From Isurus oxyrinchus (taxonomy: Eukaryota), in the NCBI GenBank assembly GCA_026770705.1, contig JANJGN010000038.1:8618001-8682000 (forward strand): DNA of 64,000 bases, read 5' to 3'. Shown in pieces: positions 13,258-25,212 of this stretch. Below the pieces are notes generated by a model. It was not told where the DNA came from. It searched no databases and was given only the letters and a program-made list of their open reading frames with translations. A program made the translations under genes and the position numbers. Numbering within the stretch: the first letter of the stretch is position 1; each line of letters begins with the position of its first letter.

Positions 13258-13364
13258 CTGATACCAATTTTCTGAACTCACTGAACATCACCCCAGGGAT
13301 CCTCTCTCTTTGCTCCATTCCCTCTGATACCAATTTTCTGAACTCACTGAACATCACCCCAGGG
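13258..13364. repeat. 41-bp perfect direct repeat, period 66
   Basis: CTGATACCAATTTTCTGAACTCACTGAACATCACCCCAGGG at 13258 and 13324. Confidence 0.9.
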
Positions 13365-13419
13365 GTAAACACAGAAAACGCTGGAAAGCTCGGCAGGTCT
13401 GATAGCAGCTCCACTGATC

Positions 13420-13900
13420 TCCACTTGCCTGGGTGAGAGCAGCTCCAACAACACACTTGAAGTTCGACACCATCCAGCACAAAATCGCTCAATTGTTGAC
13501 AGCTCATCTACCAGCTTTAACATTCACTCCCTCCACCACCGCCGCACAGTAGCAGCAGTGTGTGCCATTTACTAGATGCACTGCAGGAACTCATCAAGGC
13601 TCCTTCGACAGCACCTTTCACACCCACGACCTCCACCATCTAGAAAGACAAGGGCAACAGATACATGGGAAAACCACCACCTGGAATTTCCTTCAAGGGC
13701 ACTCACCATTTTGACTTGGAAATTTATCGCTGCTCCTTCGCTGTCGCTGGGTCAAAATTATGGATGTCCCTTCCTAACAACACCTGCACTGCATGGACTG
13801 TAGCTGTTCAAGAAGGCGGCTCACCATCACCCTCTCAAGGGCAATTAGGGATGGGCAGAAAAATGTTGGACTCACCAACGAAGCCCACGTCCCGTGAAAT
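13420..13900 (+). mobile_element. Non-LTR (CR1/L2-type) 3' end
   Basis: cactccctccaccaccgccgcacagtagcagcagtg...ctcaagggcaattagggatggg. The same tail recurs at 17335-17655. Confidence 0.7.
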
Positions 13901-14658
13901 AATAATAAATAATTTTCTAACTGATCATTGGGAACAGAAAAGCCGATTCTTGCAAAGGAAATGGACAGCCTCATATCACTTTGTAAACAATGGAAAACAA
14001 CCGAATAATTATCAATAAATAGTTGCAGTATTAAACTATCTGCAATTAAAATGCAGGAACACTTTGGGATTTAACAGGTTCACTGAGGGCGGAGATGGGC
14101 TGAAGGTTAATGTAGGGGAGTTATTCTTTATTCAGTTTTTTATTCAAAAAAGCGTTATTAGAAAATCAGAGATTTAAATGAATGGGCATTTTCCCAGAGA
14201 CAGAGAGACAGAGGGAGAGAGAGGGAGAGTTCAATAAGTTTCACTGAGTTAGACTCTGTCTCAGGTAGAGAGATGACAGACATTAAGTAAGTGTGCTGAC
14301 AAATATGCCTGTCTTAGCAAAGAAATGGTTAGTATCACATGAAATTCTAAACAAAAGCACAACAGAATGTGCTCCCAATAAATATTTACGATATTAGGTC
14401 ATCTGTAGTTACAGGTTGAGTAAGAGAAAATAGAAAAAGCTGAAACATTCTGGTGAAGATAAATCTTTTAACTTTGCGGACTGATGCAGCATTATTTCTT
14501 TTCACACAGACACACACTAAAGGCGATATCTCATATGTAATTATGTTAGCTGTAATGAAAATTAATATGAAGAACTGCGCGGAACAACCAGTCAATAGGA
14601 AACTTCTAGTTTTAGGCCAAAGTCAGAGGCCCATTTCTAACTCGACATCCACCTTATT

Positions 14659-15960
14659 GAGACATAGACAAGTGAAATAACAACAAAGACAGAGTTTGGT
14701 GTGGTAATTACTGAGACAGGGCCTAGTGCAATTTAAGCGAAGACATTACAAGCGCAGTAACAATTGAGACAGCATCTAATGTTACTTAAGCAAAGACGTG
14801 ACCAAGTGCACGAATAACAGGGACGGGGACAAGTGTTATATTAACATAGACAGGGTCTACTGCTATAATAGCGGAGACGGGAATACAGGGCCTGGATCAA
14901 TTTCAAGTGAAATAGGGCAGTTATTACAGGCACAGGGCCTAGAGTAATTGCTTCCTAGAGAGAGTCTAAGTCATAATAACGGAGACTGCCGCCAGTGTAA
15001 GAGAGACAGATATGATCTCGTGGAGTAAAATCAAGGAAAGGGAGAGTGGAATAGAAGCAGAGACAGAGGTACAAAGACAAAGCCTCTGCAAAGACAGGAT
15101 TCATTTAAATTGAAAAGACAGACAAGGTCGTGTGTGATACAGGCTGATACAGAATCTAGTGTAACTTGTTCTGAAATGGTCTAGCAGAATATAAATGCAG
15201 ACATGATTGAGTGTGTTATAAGCAGGGCTGCGATTAGTGGAACTTAAGTGAGGCAGTGCAGAGTGTAGTAATAATTGAGACAGCACCTTGTGTAATTCGA
15301 ACCTGCCTAGTGTAGCAATAACACAGACCAGATCTAGTAGACGAAAACCGATACACAGTCTAGTGGAGCTTCACAAAATCCAGCGCTCTTTGTAATATAA
15401 TCTGATGCAGTGTCTGGTGAATTAAATACCGGAAAAGGTACGAGATTAATAAAAACAGAGACCTGGACAAGTAAGGCAATAAGCGAGTAATGGTATAGGA
15501 CAATAACAATAGAAACAGGGAATTGTGTGATATGAATAGAGGAATGTATTGGTGCAGCATTACCTGAGATAGAGTCCAATTTGATAGACACGTGGCAGGT
15601 TCTACTGGAGTAATAGCTGAGACAGAGTCTTGTTAAATGCAAATAAAAACATGTTCTAGTTTTCTATAACCAGACACAAGCTCTAGTGCAGTGCCAACTG
15701 GGGCATGGCTTATTGTAACTTTAGCCGAAACCTGCTTCAGTGCAGTCATGACTGAGATAGTGCCAATTGTATTGTGGCCCTCGTTCAGTGCATACACAAC
15801 TGTGAATGAGCCAATTACAGAGACAACTGAGAGATGATCTTCTCTAATATGATCAGAGACCTGTCCTAGTGTAATAGAAACAGAGACGGCGTCTAATGTA
15901 ATATGAACAGAGACAGTGCCAAATGCAGTAATAATTGAGACCGCCTGTGATGTGAGCATT
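14659..15960. repeat. Cryptic diverged 27-bp tandem array (roughly 45 units)
   Basis: Consensus about GAGACAGGGYCTAGTGTAATAATAACA. Exact 27-nt spacing in runs at 14766-14874, 15619-15780 and 15856-15937. Confidence 0.85.
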
Positions 15961-16072
15961 CACGGTTACACTGCCATCAATTGGTCAATCTTTGCTATTA
16001 CAGGTGTTGCGAAAATGTCGATTACATTTACTGTTTCTGAGATCAATGGTTAAAATCAGAAATAATGGAAAA

Positions 16073-16154
16073 CGTAGTCGGCAGGATTTGAACCTGCGCG
16101 GGGTAACCCCAATGGATTTCAAATCCAACGCCTTAACCACTCAGCCACGACTAC
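16073..16154 (-). tRNA. tRNA-Ser(TGA), near-intact variant
   Basis: GTAGTCGTGGCTGAGTGGTTAAGGCGTTGGATTTGAAATCCATTGGGGTTACCCCGCGCAGGTTCAAATCCTGCCGACTACG followed by TTTT. One anticodon-stem mismatch and two CpG-type changes. Confidence 0.75.
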
Positions 16155-17306
16155 AGACCTGGACAGGGAAATATATATATGTCTTATATGAAATCATAGA
16201 ATACTTACAGCAGAGAAAAAACGTCTTCTTCCCACCCTGTCACTGCAACAACCCAGCCTTTCCCCCGTAACCCTGCAATTCATACTGTCCCTCCTCGTTC
16301 TCCCTCCCAAACTGGGAATGAAAGAGAGAGAATGAAAGAGGAAGAGAAGTGATGGGTTTTCTAGATCTCAGGGAAAAGAGACTTCAGGAACAGTTCGTGG
16401 TGACAGTTCACACAGCAACAAGAAAACAGCATTCCCTGAGGAGGGCCAGGAGTGGGAGCGTGTATAGTTCAAACACAGAAGACTTGTTCAGCCAATAACA
16501 GCATCGAGTGTGTTAGACATATACATGAAGTGAACAGTGAGTTGAAATAGTGCCACAAGCTGCAGATGTGCAACTTTCAATTTCCAAGACCCACCATCTT
16601 CATCAATGCGCCTCCTCTGAAACTTTCAAGGTAAATGTTGATCCTTTATAAGGTGCCGTTCCCAGAACGAGACAGAGTCCTCCAGGTGTGACCTAACCAG
16701 GGCTTTGTATAGCTGCAGCAAACATTTCCCTCTTTCCTATAACAGCCTCTGTAACAGGTTGTACAGAGAGGGGGATTAGAATGTATCGATTGAATAAGAA
16801 ATATAAGGAGATGCTTCATCAGACTAAAATTCATTTTCAAAGTCCATTTGAAATGAACTTAATTTTTTTGAAAGCTGTGTAAGAATCCCCAACCTACCTC
16901 TTCATGTCACTGGGCCAGGGAAACTTCGTTAATTTTCATACACTGAGCATGGACACGGCAGCAGGTCCTGCACCTCTTTCAATATTGTTTTTCTTAACTC
17001 AGAGTTTTCGAAAGGGAATTGGCCAATGACTTGAAAGGGAGAAAAACGTTCAGGATGATGGAGAAAGAGAAGGAAATTGAAACTAATTAGAAAAAAACAT
17101 TGTAAAAATCTGATAATGATATGATGGTTTAAATGGTCTCCTCGTGCACTCTGCCATTTTATGATGACATCATCAGATTAATTTGATGACAACATTTCTA
17201 AATGTGCCACCCGAATTCCATTTCTGTAAAACAAAGACGCAAAGTGCGGCTGCAGGACCTCGCAGTTTAACATAGTGTGCAGGTGCCTCTGGCTTTGTCA
17301 GGTATT

Positions 17307-17336
17307 GTTCTGTAGGGGAGTGGTTATCACATGTGC
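17307..17336 (+). pseudogene. tRNA-Val 5' fragment truncated by a retroelement tail
   Basis: GTTCTGTAGGGGAGTGGTTATCACAT resembles GTTTCCGTAGTGTAGTGGTTATCACGT, with the same upstream flank as the Val copies at 29301 and 35922. Confidence 0.55.
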
Positions 17337-18168
17337 ATGAAATCACCAAGCCTCCTTAGACAGAACCTTCCAAGCCCACGACAATTACCATCTAGAAAAA
17401 CAAGGGCAGCAGATCGATGGGAACACGACCACCTGGAATTTCTCCTGCAAGGCACTCACCATCTTGACTCGGAAATATGTCGCTGTTGCTGGGTCAAAAT
17501 CCTGGAACTCCCTTCCTAACAGCACTCTGGGTGTACCTACACCTCAAGGACTGCTGCGTTTCAAGAAGGCAGCTCAGCAGCACCTTCTCAAGGGACAATG
17601 GGATGGGCAATAAATGCTGGCCCAGCCAGCGAAGCCCACATCCCGAGAATGAATTACAATCTGTTTGCAGAATTAATCATAAATCTTCTTCTCATCCGCG
17701 TTACTAAAAGTTATTTCAGTTGCAAACATTCACTAAATTTGGAGTCTGAAACGGAACAATCATTGGCCAATTTGGTGACACCGTTGTTTTCTGGGTCTTT
17801 GTCTCTCCTTAGGCCTCTATCACTCTCGGTGTAAATGTCTGTGTGTTTCTCTCTGTGTGTCAATGTGGTTGAGTCCCCCGAGGAGTTGAACACATTTTTT
17901 CCCATCACAAACTTTTTACACATTAGTTGTGCAGCTTCACATTACAATGTAACAGAGAAAAGTATCAAGATGAAAGAGCAATTTGCAACGTTCTCCCATC
18001 CCAAACCTTCACCTCTGTGTTTGCTCTTGATCTGTTGCACTGATGCAAATCCGAGCTCTGATACCATCTCTTGCTCCATTCATTTTGGTAGAGGTGATAT
18101 GCAGGATTTCTGCGTTTTTTATGACTTAAGATCATCGTAGCATTCACCCTAGGTCATCAAATTCATTG

Positions 18169-18240
18169 CTTCCTAACAAGGAACCGAGCCCACACACTGA
18201 CTATGAAAGCGCAGAATCATAGTTACTGAGCCACCAGGGA
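18169..18240 (-). pseudogene. tRNA-Glu(TTC) pseudogene
   Basis: TCCCTGGTGG start, GATTCTGCGCTTTCA, degenerate B box. Confidence 0.7.
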
Positions 18241-18371
18241 AGGTGCTCACAAGCCTCATAACCTGGGTAAGCCATGATACCTGTGCCTTTTATTTTCATT
18301 TCAGACCTCTTTCATTACAGACACGTTTCTCCCTCAAATTGACACGTTTATATAAAACACAAACAACATCC

Positions 18372-18421
18372 ATGACCCTGAAATTAAGCGTTTTATATTC
18401 TATTGACTGAGTTAGCCGGGA
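18372..18421 (-). pseudogene. tRNA-Lys(CTT) pseudogene, 5' two-thirds
   Basis: TCCCGGCTAACTCAGTCAATAGAATATAAAACGCTTAATTTCAGGGTCAT. Confidence 0.6.
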
Positions 18422-19729
18422 TGGGGGAAGGAATCCTTCATATCCCAACACATATGGCGACAGACGTGTTTTTTTTTCCACCTGGAGTCTCAGCTTGTTC
18501 TGAATCTTAAAGTGTAGAAGGGAGTCGACCTACAAAAGCCCCAAGGTTGCAATGCATTCCTCTCAATCTCAATAACATCATTCCCATCTTCCACTTCTTA
18601 GTTGCACCTCCTTCTATAAATGTCAATCTATCATCTTTCATCCTGATACTTTTCTCTAACATTTTAACATGAAGTTGCACAACTAATTTAAATGAAGTTA
18701 GTGATGGTAAAAAAGTGCTCACCCCTCGGGGAACTGACTCACATTGACACACACAGAGGAACAGACACAAACATATGCACTGAGAGTGACAGAGGGAAAG
18801 GGTTTGTCTCTAAGGAGAGGCAAATATCCAGAAAGCAAGCATGAAGCCAAGTTTTATTCCAGTTCCAAGTTTCGTGAGTGTTTTCGTGAATGAACAGAAA
18901 TAGAAAAGCCCCCAAGGGTTTGGATAGATTTTATTCAATTTAACCTATAATTAACTCTATAGACACAGTTAAAAATCGGAATAATGAGAAGCGGGGATTC
19001 CTAATGGACTTGGGCTCCATCGCCTAAACCAATCGACCACGACAACTGGCTATGTGCACTGGTTAATGTCAATGGTATAAAATCCTAAATATCTACAGCA
19101 GAGGAGAATGTCATTCAGCCCATCGTGTCCATGCTGGCTGATGGCAAAAGGAATTCAACTAATTTGATAACCCCGCATTTTCTCTACTGCAATTCAAATT
19201 GATATTGTCTCTCCTCCCTCTTCCTGTTAAAATGATGCATGACAGGCATCTATTTTGACAGTGAGCTGGCACCTTTTGCCTCATTCGCGTTTGTAGTTGC
19301 ATGTTAAGTGAATGTAATATCTCTCAGTCACATTACATTTCCTATTCACCATTTCACAGGATAAACCCTCAGCAAAGTGAGAAAATCCTTCAGCTGGCAG
19401 CGGGTGATTGGAGAGTGGGGGGGGTCGGAATATTGCTACTTTTCTGCTTTTCCCTGTCTCACTCACTGTGGAGCCGACGAAGGGAGAATAATTGATGAGT
19501 TTGTTTGAATCCAATAATTTCACAGGTGTCTAATGAGTTAGATGTAATTGCATAGTCGTTCATTGTTTTTTATTGTGTTTCAAATGAACATTCAAAACAA
19601 AAACATTGGTGTGGGAAGACACTGGTTAAGGGTAAAGTTTGCGGGATAATTCCTTGCAGCTCAAGTCACCAATGAGAGCCCGGAACTGTGTGACAATGAA
19701 AGCTGATAGGGAGAAAAAAGTGAAATCTT

Positions 19730-19803
19730 CGTCCCTGTGTGCTTTCGAACCACCAACCTTTCAGTAAATAATCGAACGTGCTAAACGTTTGTGCCACAGA
19801 CAC
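19730..19803 (-). pseudogene. tRNA-Asn pseudogene (anticodon reads ATT)
   Basis: 74-nt Asn body with AAAGGTTGGTGGTTCGAAAGCAC and many mismatches. Confidence 0.75.
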
Positions 19804-21023
19804 TGACGAAAGGCTGAGCTGCCAGCTTTCCTAACCCAGTGTGTCAGCGAGTTTAAGCTTCAGTTTGCTGCTGCCGGGATGACAATTATTCTCTTCATTT
19901 TTACTCTTCCAAAATAGAGGGAGGGATATTCACTGTGGATACATGGAAACAGGCTGATTCCACCCACTGCAGACACATCCATATCACCGGGAATCAGCTC
20001 TCCGACAACAGGTGCTGTCTCCCTTCGAGCCTTTCGGTGGCTTGTCTGTTACCAAGTATTCTGATTGTCCTGAAGCCGATGTTAGGTTTGAATTCCTGAT
20101 GTGCAGTAACGAGAATCATTTCAATCTCTCAGGTCAGATAACTTCACTGATAACATCAGAGTAAATGTTCCAGCGTCTTAAAGAAGGGAAAGGTGCCTTT
20201 AATGTCTCTGGTGAGTCGAACAGATCACCCTTCATTGCTCCTCGGATTCTGGTTCCCAAAGAGTTTCTAAAGATTCACAAAGCTGGAGACTGGGCTTTTT
20301 GTTTTGGTTCCTTCTCCATTTTCCCACCTGCCAGCTGACAATATTTTCCAAATATTGAGAAGACAGCTACGTGGCCCCGAGACCACAATTAGATCAGCCA
20401 TGATCTTACTGAATGGCAGAGCAGGGTCAAAGGGCTGAATGGTCTCCTCCTGATCCTCATTCCTCTCTTTCCTGTGACACAGCCCGGATCAACTCTTGAC
20501 TTTAGCAAACTGCCTTCGGAAATAATGGTCAGTTAAATGAAATAAAAACCATCCAACTATTTCCATGTTTCTTATTTCCGTTCATCTGCAAACATTCACT
20601 AAATTTTCAGTCTGAAATGGGACAATAATTGGCCAAGTTGGTGGCATCCTTGTTTTCTGGGTGTTCGTCACTCTTGGTATAAAGGTCTGTGTGTGTCAAA
20701 GAGGTTCAGTTCCCCGAGGGGTTGAACACATTTTCACCATCACAAACTTTAGTCATATTAGCTGTGCAGTTTCATACTAAAATGTTACAGAGAAAAATAT
20801 CAAGATGAAAGATTGAAGAGAGGTTTGCAATGTTTGGAAGGAGGTGCAGCTAAGAAGTGGAAGATGTCAATGATGTTATTGATGACTGAGAGGAATGTAT
20901 TGCAACCTTGGGGCTTTTGGAGGTCGATCACCATTGAAATTCAGAATAAGCTGAGGCTTGAGGTCGTAAACAGCCATGATCTCCATGGATGTTGGGATGT
21001 GCAATACTTTGCTCTTCTTACAT

Positions 21024-21085
21024 GCCTGGCGAGTTCAGTCGACAGTGGCTGAGGCTCTTAATGCCAGGTTATTGGGTTTGCGACC
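21024..21085 (+). pseudogene. tRNA-Lys(CTT) pseudogene
   Basis: GCCTGGCGAGTTCAGTCGACAG...GAGGCTCTTAATGCCAGG. Confidence 0.6.
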
Positions 21086-22660
21086 TGTGATCAGTGAAAT
21101 TGCTTTTTTAATCTTTGCTGCTTTCGTGGGTGATCCCCAGGTCTCCATTCCTCCGGCAGTGTCACCGCTCAAACTGAGTCTTTCTCCATCCTGCTTTGTT
21201 AATATCACAGCTGCTGGCTTCTGAGTGAAAACTGCTCTCTGCGTCATTGAAAGTCAGAGTATTTAATTCAGAACATTTGGTGCTTTCACCACCGCAGCCT
21301 AGGTTTAATTCCCGTGCAGAAAAATCCTTTTCCTTTCCATTGTGTGAACTGTCACAATGAACAGGAATTCCTTATTGAATGAAATTAGATCTGGTAGCGT
21401 CTGTGGAGTGAGAAAGATTTAATCTTCCAGCTGGATGAACCTTCATCAGAGCTGGAAAAGTCTGAGATGTGACAGTTGGAAAACAAATCCAGAGGCGGAA
21501 GGAGGGGAGTGAAAGGACAAAAGGGAAGGACTGTGATAAGTTACAAGGCATGAGAGAGAAACTGACTAAAGGGATGATGGTGCAAAATGTGGGTAGGAAT
21601 GGGACAGATTTTTCTTCCTGCTGTTCAAACTGGGACGAATATCACTGATCAACCAATCACAACTGCTTTTTCAAAGCAGCACGCCGGGCCGAATGGCCTC
21701 TTTCTGTGCTGTAACTTTCTATAATTGTTTCATTTCCATCCCCGCTGCTGCTGCCTTCACAGTCATTCCATCATCTTACAACCCTTTCCAGCAAATACAC
21801 CTTCTTCCCTTGTGTTCAGCTCCTTTAAGATCATGGCACTGAGTAAATTCAGTGGGAAATTTCCTTCTCATTTAGCACGAGATTTGGAAACAGATCTGGG
21901 AAATATTCGTGTCAGTGCAAACAATAAAATCTCCCCTAACACTTCTACTTTTTCCCATGCACCCCCATCTCTATGGTCACTGCTTTTCAGCCTATCACAG
22001 CCCTTCTCTCATGTCCTACCTTCACCTCTGTATTTGTTCGCGACCTGTTACACGGGTGACATTTCCGGCTCTGATGCAAAACTCCAGCTCTCACTCCACT
22101 GATTCAGGTGGAGCTGGTAAGTGTTTTCAGTTTTCAATCAGGAAGTAATGCACATTTATTATCATGCACATTCGCATGACATTTATAAGCACCGAATCCT
22201 AACGACTGGACTCCCAGGCTTGCAACTTCACAGCCCGGCTTATCCATGCGACTTGTGCATTTTATTTTCATTTCACATCTTTCACCAGAGGCACTTTTCT
22301 CCCACAAAATGACGCGTTTATGTAGAACACAGACGACTTCTTCAGCCAATGACAACAGCGATTGCTGTTAGCTGGAGCAGCATTCATTGTCTCACAGTCC
22401 CGCGTTGTCATTGGGTCCTTAAGTCACAAAAAAGGGCAGAAATCGCCAACTCCCCTGTTACCCGGCGAGTTCCAAGAGATATGTTTTTATTGAATATTCT
22501 CCACTCACTCGCTGCCAGTTGAAGGATATCCTCACTATGCTGAGTGAAAAGACGAAGAGTAAGTGCAATACAGATGTGAGATTCTGAATTCAGCTAATAT
22601 TCAACAACAAGCAGGAGCGAAGCAACTTTCCCTCTCCCATAATTGAACAAGTTTCAATAA

Positions 22661-22733
22661 TGTTTCTGCCCGGTTTTAAACCGGGGACCTTTCGTGTGTA
22701 AGGTGAATGTGACAACCACTACACTACAGAAAC
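22661..22733 (-). pseudogene. tRNA-Val pseudogene (AAC/CAC-type body, anticodon TAC)
   Basis: GTTTCTGTAGTGTAGTGGTTGTCACATTCACCTTACACACGAAAGGTCCCCGGTTTAAAACCGGGCAGAAACA. B box broken. Confidence 0.85.
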
Positions 22734-23398
22734 TTCACACACCATGAGTCAAGTGCACCTGACTACAATGCAGTTCTGCAGCAGCACTTTGGGTCCATGT
22801 TTTGAAGAAATGGAATTCTGCTGTTCTCATCAGGAATGCTGGAGACAGACTGATCAACAATGTCATCATCAAATGGCACAGCGTGTCGGAGAGTCATTAG
22901 ATCATGGCAGCTTATTCTTTAAAGAACCATCAATTAGTCTCAATATTGTTCTCTCTTTCCATAAGCCTCAATTTCTCTATTTCAAGTAACTGTCTAATTC
23001 ACTTTTGAAGAAGGAGTTTCTGCAGAATCCATGCAGTTTCCCTGACCCAGTGACTTGGAGATTTGGACTTGGGTTCCTTCCAGTCCCTCGAGGAGTTGAT
23101 CCTAATTCCAGCGCTGCCGCAGTTTGAGTCACATTCCCACTTTTGCACACTTTAGGAATTCCCTTTCGGAGAACAAGAGGGGACTCTAGTTTAATACAGG
23201 GCGGGTTGTGGTCCTTTATTTTGTTTGGAAAAGCACGGAGAGGTAATACAAATATAAATTGTTGTGGGGGTAAAGGTGGGTGTGTGGAATCGGTAGAGCT
23301 GCTCTTCCAGAGAGCCAGCACAGACACGATGGGCCGATTGACTTATTTTGCAGCCATCTCTGATTTGATAAGAACACATTGGAGCTCGCGAGCAGCTG

Positions 23399-23479
23399 TT
23401 AGTCGAGCTGAATGTTTAAGGTGATGGATTTGAAATCCATTGGGGTCTCCCTCTGTAGGATTGAATCCTACTGACTACA
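23399..23479 (+). pseudogene. tRNA-Ser(TGA) pseudogene
   Basis: TTAAGGTGATGGATTTGAAATCCATTGGGGTCTCC...GAATCCTACTGACTACA. Confidence 0.8.
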
Positions 23480-23738
23480 GTTCCCATTATTCCCCATTTT
23501 ATCCCGGTGCCGCCAACCTCATCCCTGTGGCTCCTGTGAAACTGACAAGGTGACACACGTCAGAAATTCATCTCTGAAAGTAACTGACACATATCAAATT
23601 CTGCTGCTTTCATGTCGCATCTTTTAACTTCCTGTTCTCCATCACAGACATTTCCACGTCTATCAAATGTCTGGGACTTAACATCTACCTCAGTCTATTG
23701 AATATGGTGGACTTTCCCGTGCAGTCCTGTTAGCTAGT

Positions 23739-23811
23739 GGCTCCATAGCTCAGTGTTTGGATCACTGCCCTTGTAAACCAGGGTTTGTGAGTTTAACCTT
23801 CACTAGAGCCC
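23739..23811 (+). pseudogene. tRNA-Thr(TGT) pseudogene
   Basis: GGCTCCATAGCTCAGTG...CCTTGTAAACCAGGG with a degenerate T arm. Confidence 0.8.
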
Positions 23812-23924
23812 ATCATTAACCTTTAGCTGAGAATAAGAAGTTATGTGGAATGTTGAAAAACGGCAGAACAATATATAAGAAGGAAAAGCAAAGTACTGTG
23901 GTGAAGCATTTTGGCTTTTAAGTT

Positions 23925-25212
23925 AAAGTACTTTGGATGCTGGAAATCTGAAGTACAAAATCAGCATCTAACAGCAACTGTGGAGAGAGAAACAGAGTCA
24001 ACGAGTCGAGTCCGTGTGATCTTCTTCAGAGCTAAAGAGAAGCAGAATTGTTCACTGTTTTTATACTGTTTACGAGCGGGTGGGGTGGAGCAGTTGGGGA
24101 AGTCAGGAGGAATTGACAAAGATATTATGGGCAAAACACAAAGGGAGTGCTAATGGTAGCGGTAAGGGCTAAAAATGGTGCTGATATTTGCATAAAGGTA
24201 AGGAAGCAGAATGTGTGAATAGCAGAACAAGGATCAGCACTCTGTGAAAGAACAACATAGAGCAATGACAGATGGCCCTTTAGTGGCCTCTCTCCTCACC
24301 TTTCAAGGGCCCAAACACTCCTTTCAGGTGAAGCAGCGATTCAGTTGAACCACCAATTTGATCCATTGCATTCACTGCTCCCAATGCGGTCTCCCCTACA
24401 TTGGAGAGACCAAACGCAGACTGGGTGACCACTTTGTGTAACATCTTCAGTCTGTCAGCAAGCATGACCCAGACCTCCCTGTCATTTGCCATTTCAACAC
24501 TCCACCCTGCTCTCATGCCCATATGTCTATCATTGGATTGCTGCATTTTTCCAGTGAAGCTCAACGCAAAATGGAGGAACAACATCTCATCTTCCGATTA
24601 GGCACTTTACAGCCTTCTGCACTTAACATTGAGTTCAATAGCTTCAGATCATGAACTCTCTCCTCCATTTTCACCCTTTTCAAAATTTCTTTATAAAAAA
24701 GTATTTTATTAACATATTTTTCATTCATTTATTCATTATTTCACCCCTTTTATTATCCCCTTTTCTATCGTTTTTCCCAAACTATCTCCCCCACCCATAT
24801 TCCACCCCCAAACGGGCCATCTGTTTCTAGTTCCATGTTGTTTTTTCACAGAGCGCTGACCCTTTTTCTGCTATTCACACATCCTGCTTTCTTACCTTTA
24901 TGTCACTATCAGCACCTTCTTCAGCCCTTACAACTACCATTAACATTTCCTTTGTCTTGTGTCCAGCGCATCTTTGTCAGTCCCTCCTTCACCCCCACAT
25001 ATCGCTGACCATCTATCCAGAATCACGTGCTCTACCCGTCTCGCCCTGCCCCCTCCCCACCTCACTTACACAGTATAAATTCCACCACTTTCTACTTCCC
25101 TTCATCTCTGAAGAAGAGTCATACGGACTCGAAACGTGAACAGTGTTTCCCTCACCACCAAGTCTGTGAGAAAGCTCAAAACTGTTGAGTTGTCCAGGAA
25201 TTTCTGTTTTTA
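23925..25212 (+). mobile_element. Penelope-like element remnant: GIY-YIG C-terminus flanked by inverted pLTR-like arms
   Basis: 24397-24435 reads YIGETKRRLGDHF and about 24570-24635 reads MEEQHLIFRLGTLQPSALNIEF. 23930-24280 is an inverted copy of about 24810-25210. Confidence 0.85.

Noticed and set aside
14659-15960. Ig class-switch region
   Set aside because: It lies 3' of the gene, has no downstream constant gene, and is not visibly AGCT- or G-cluster-rich.
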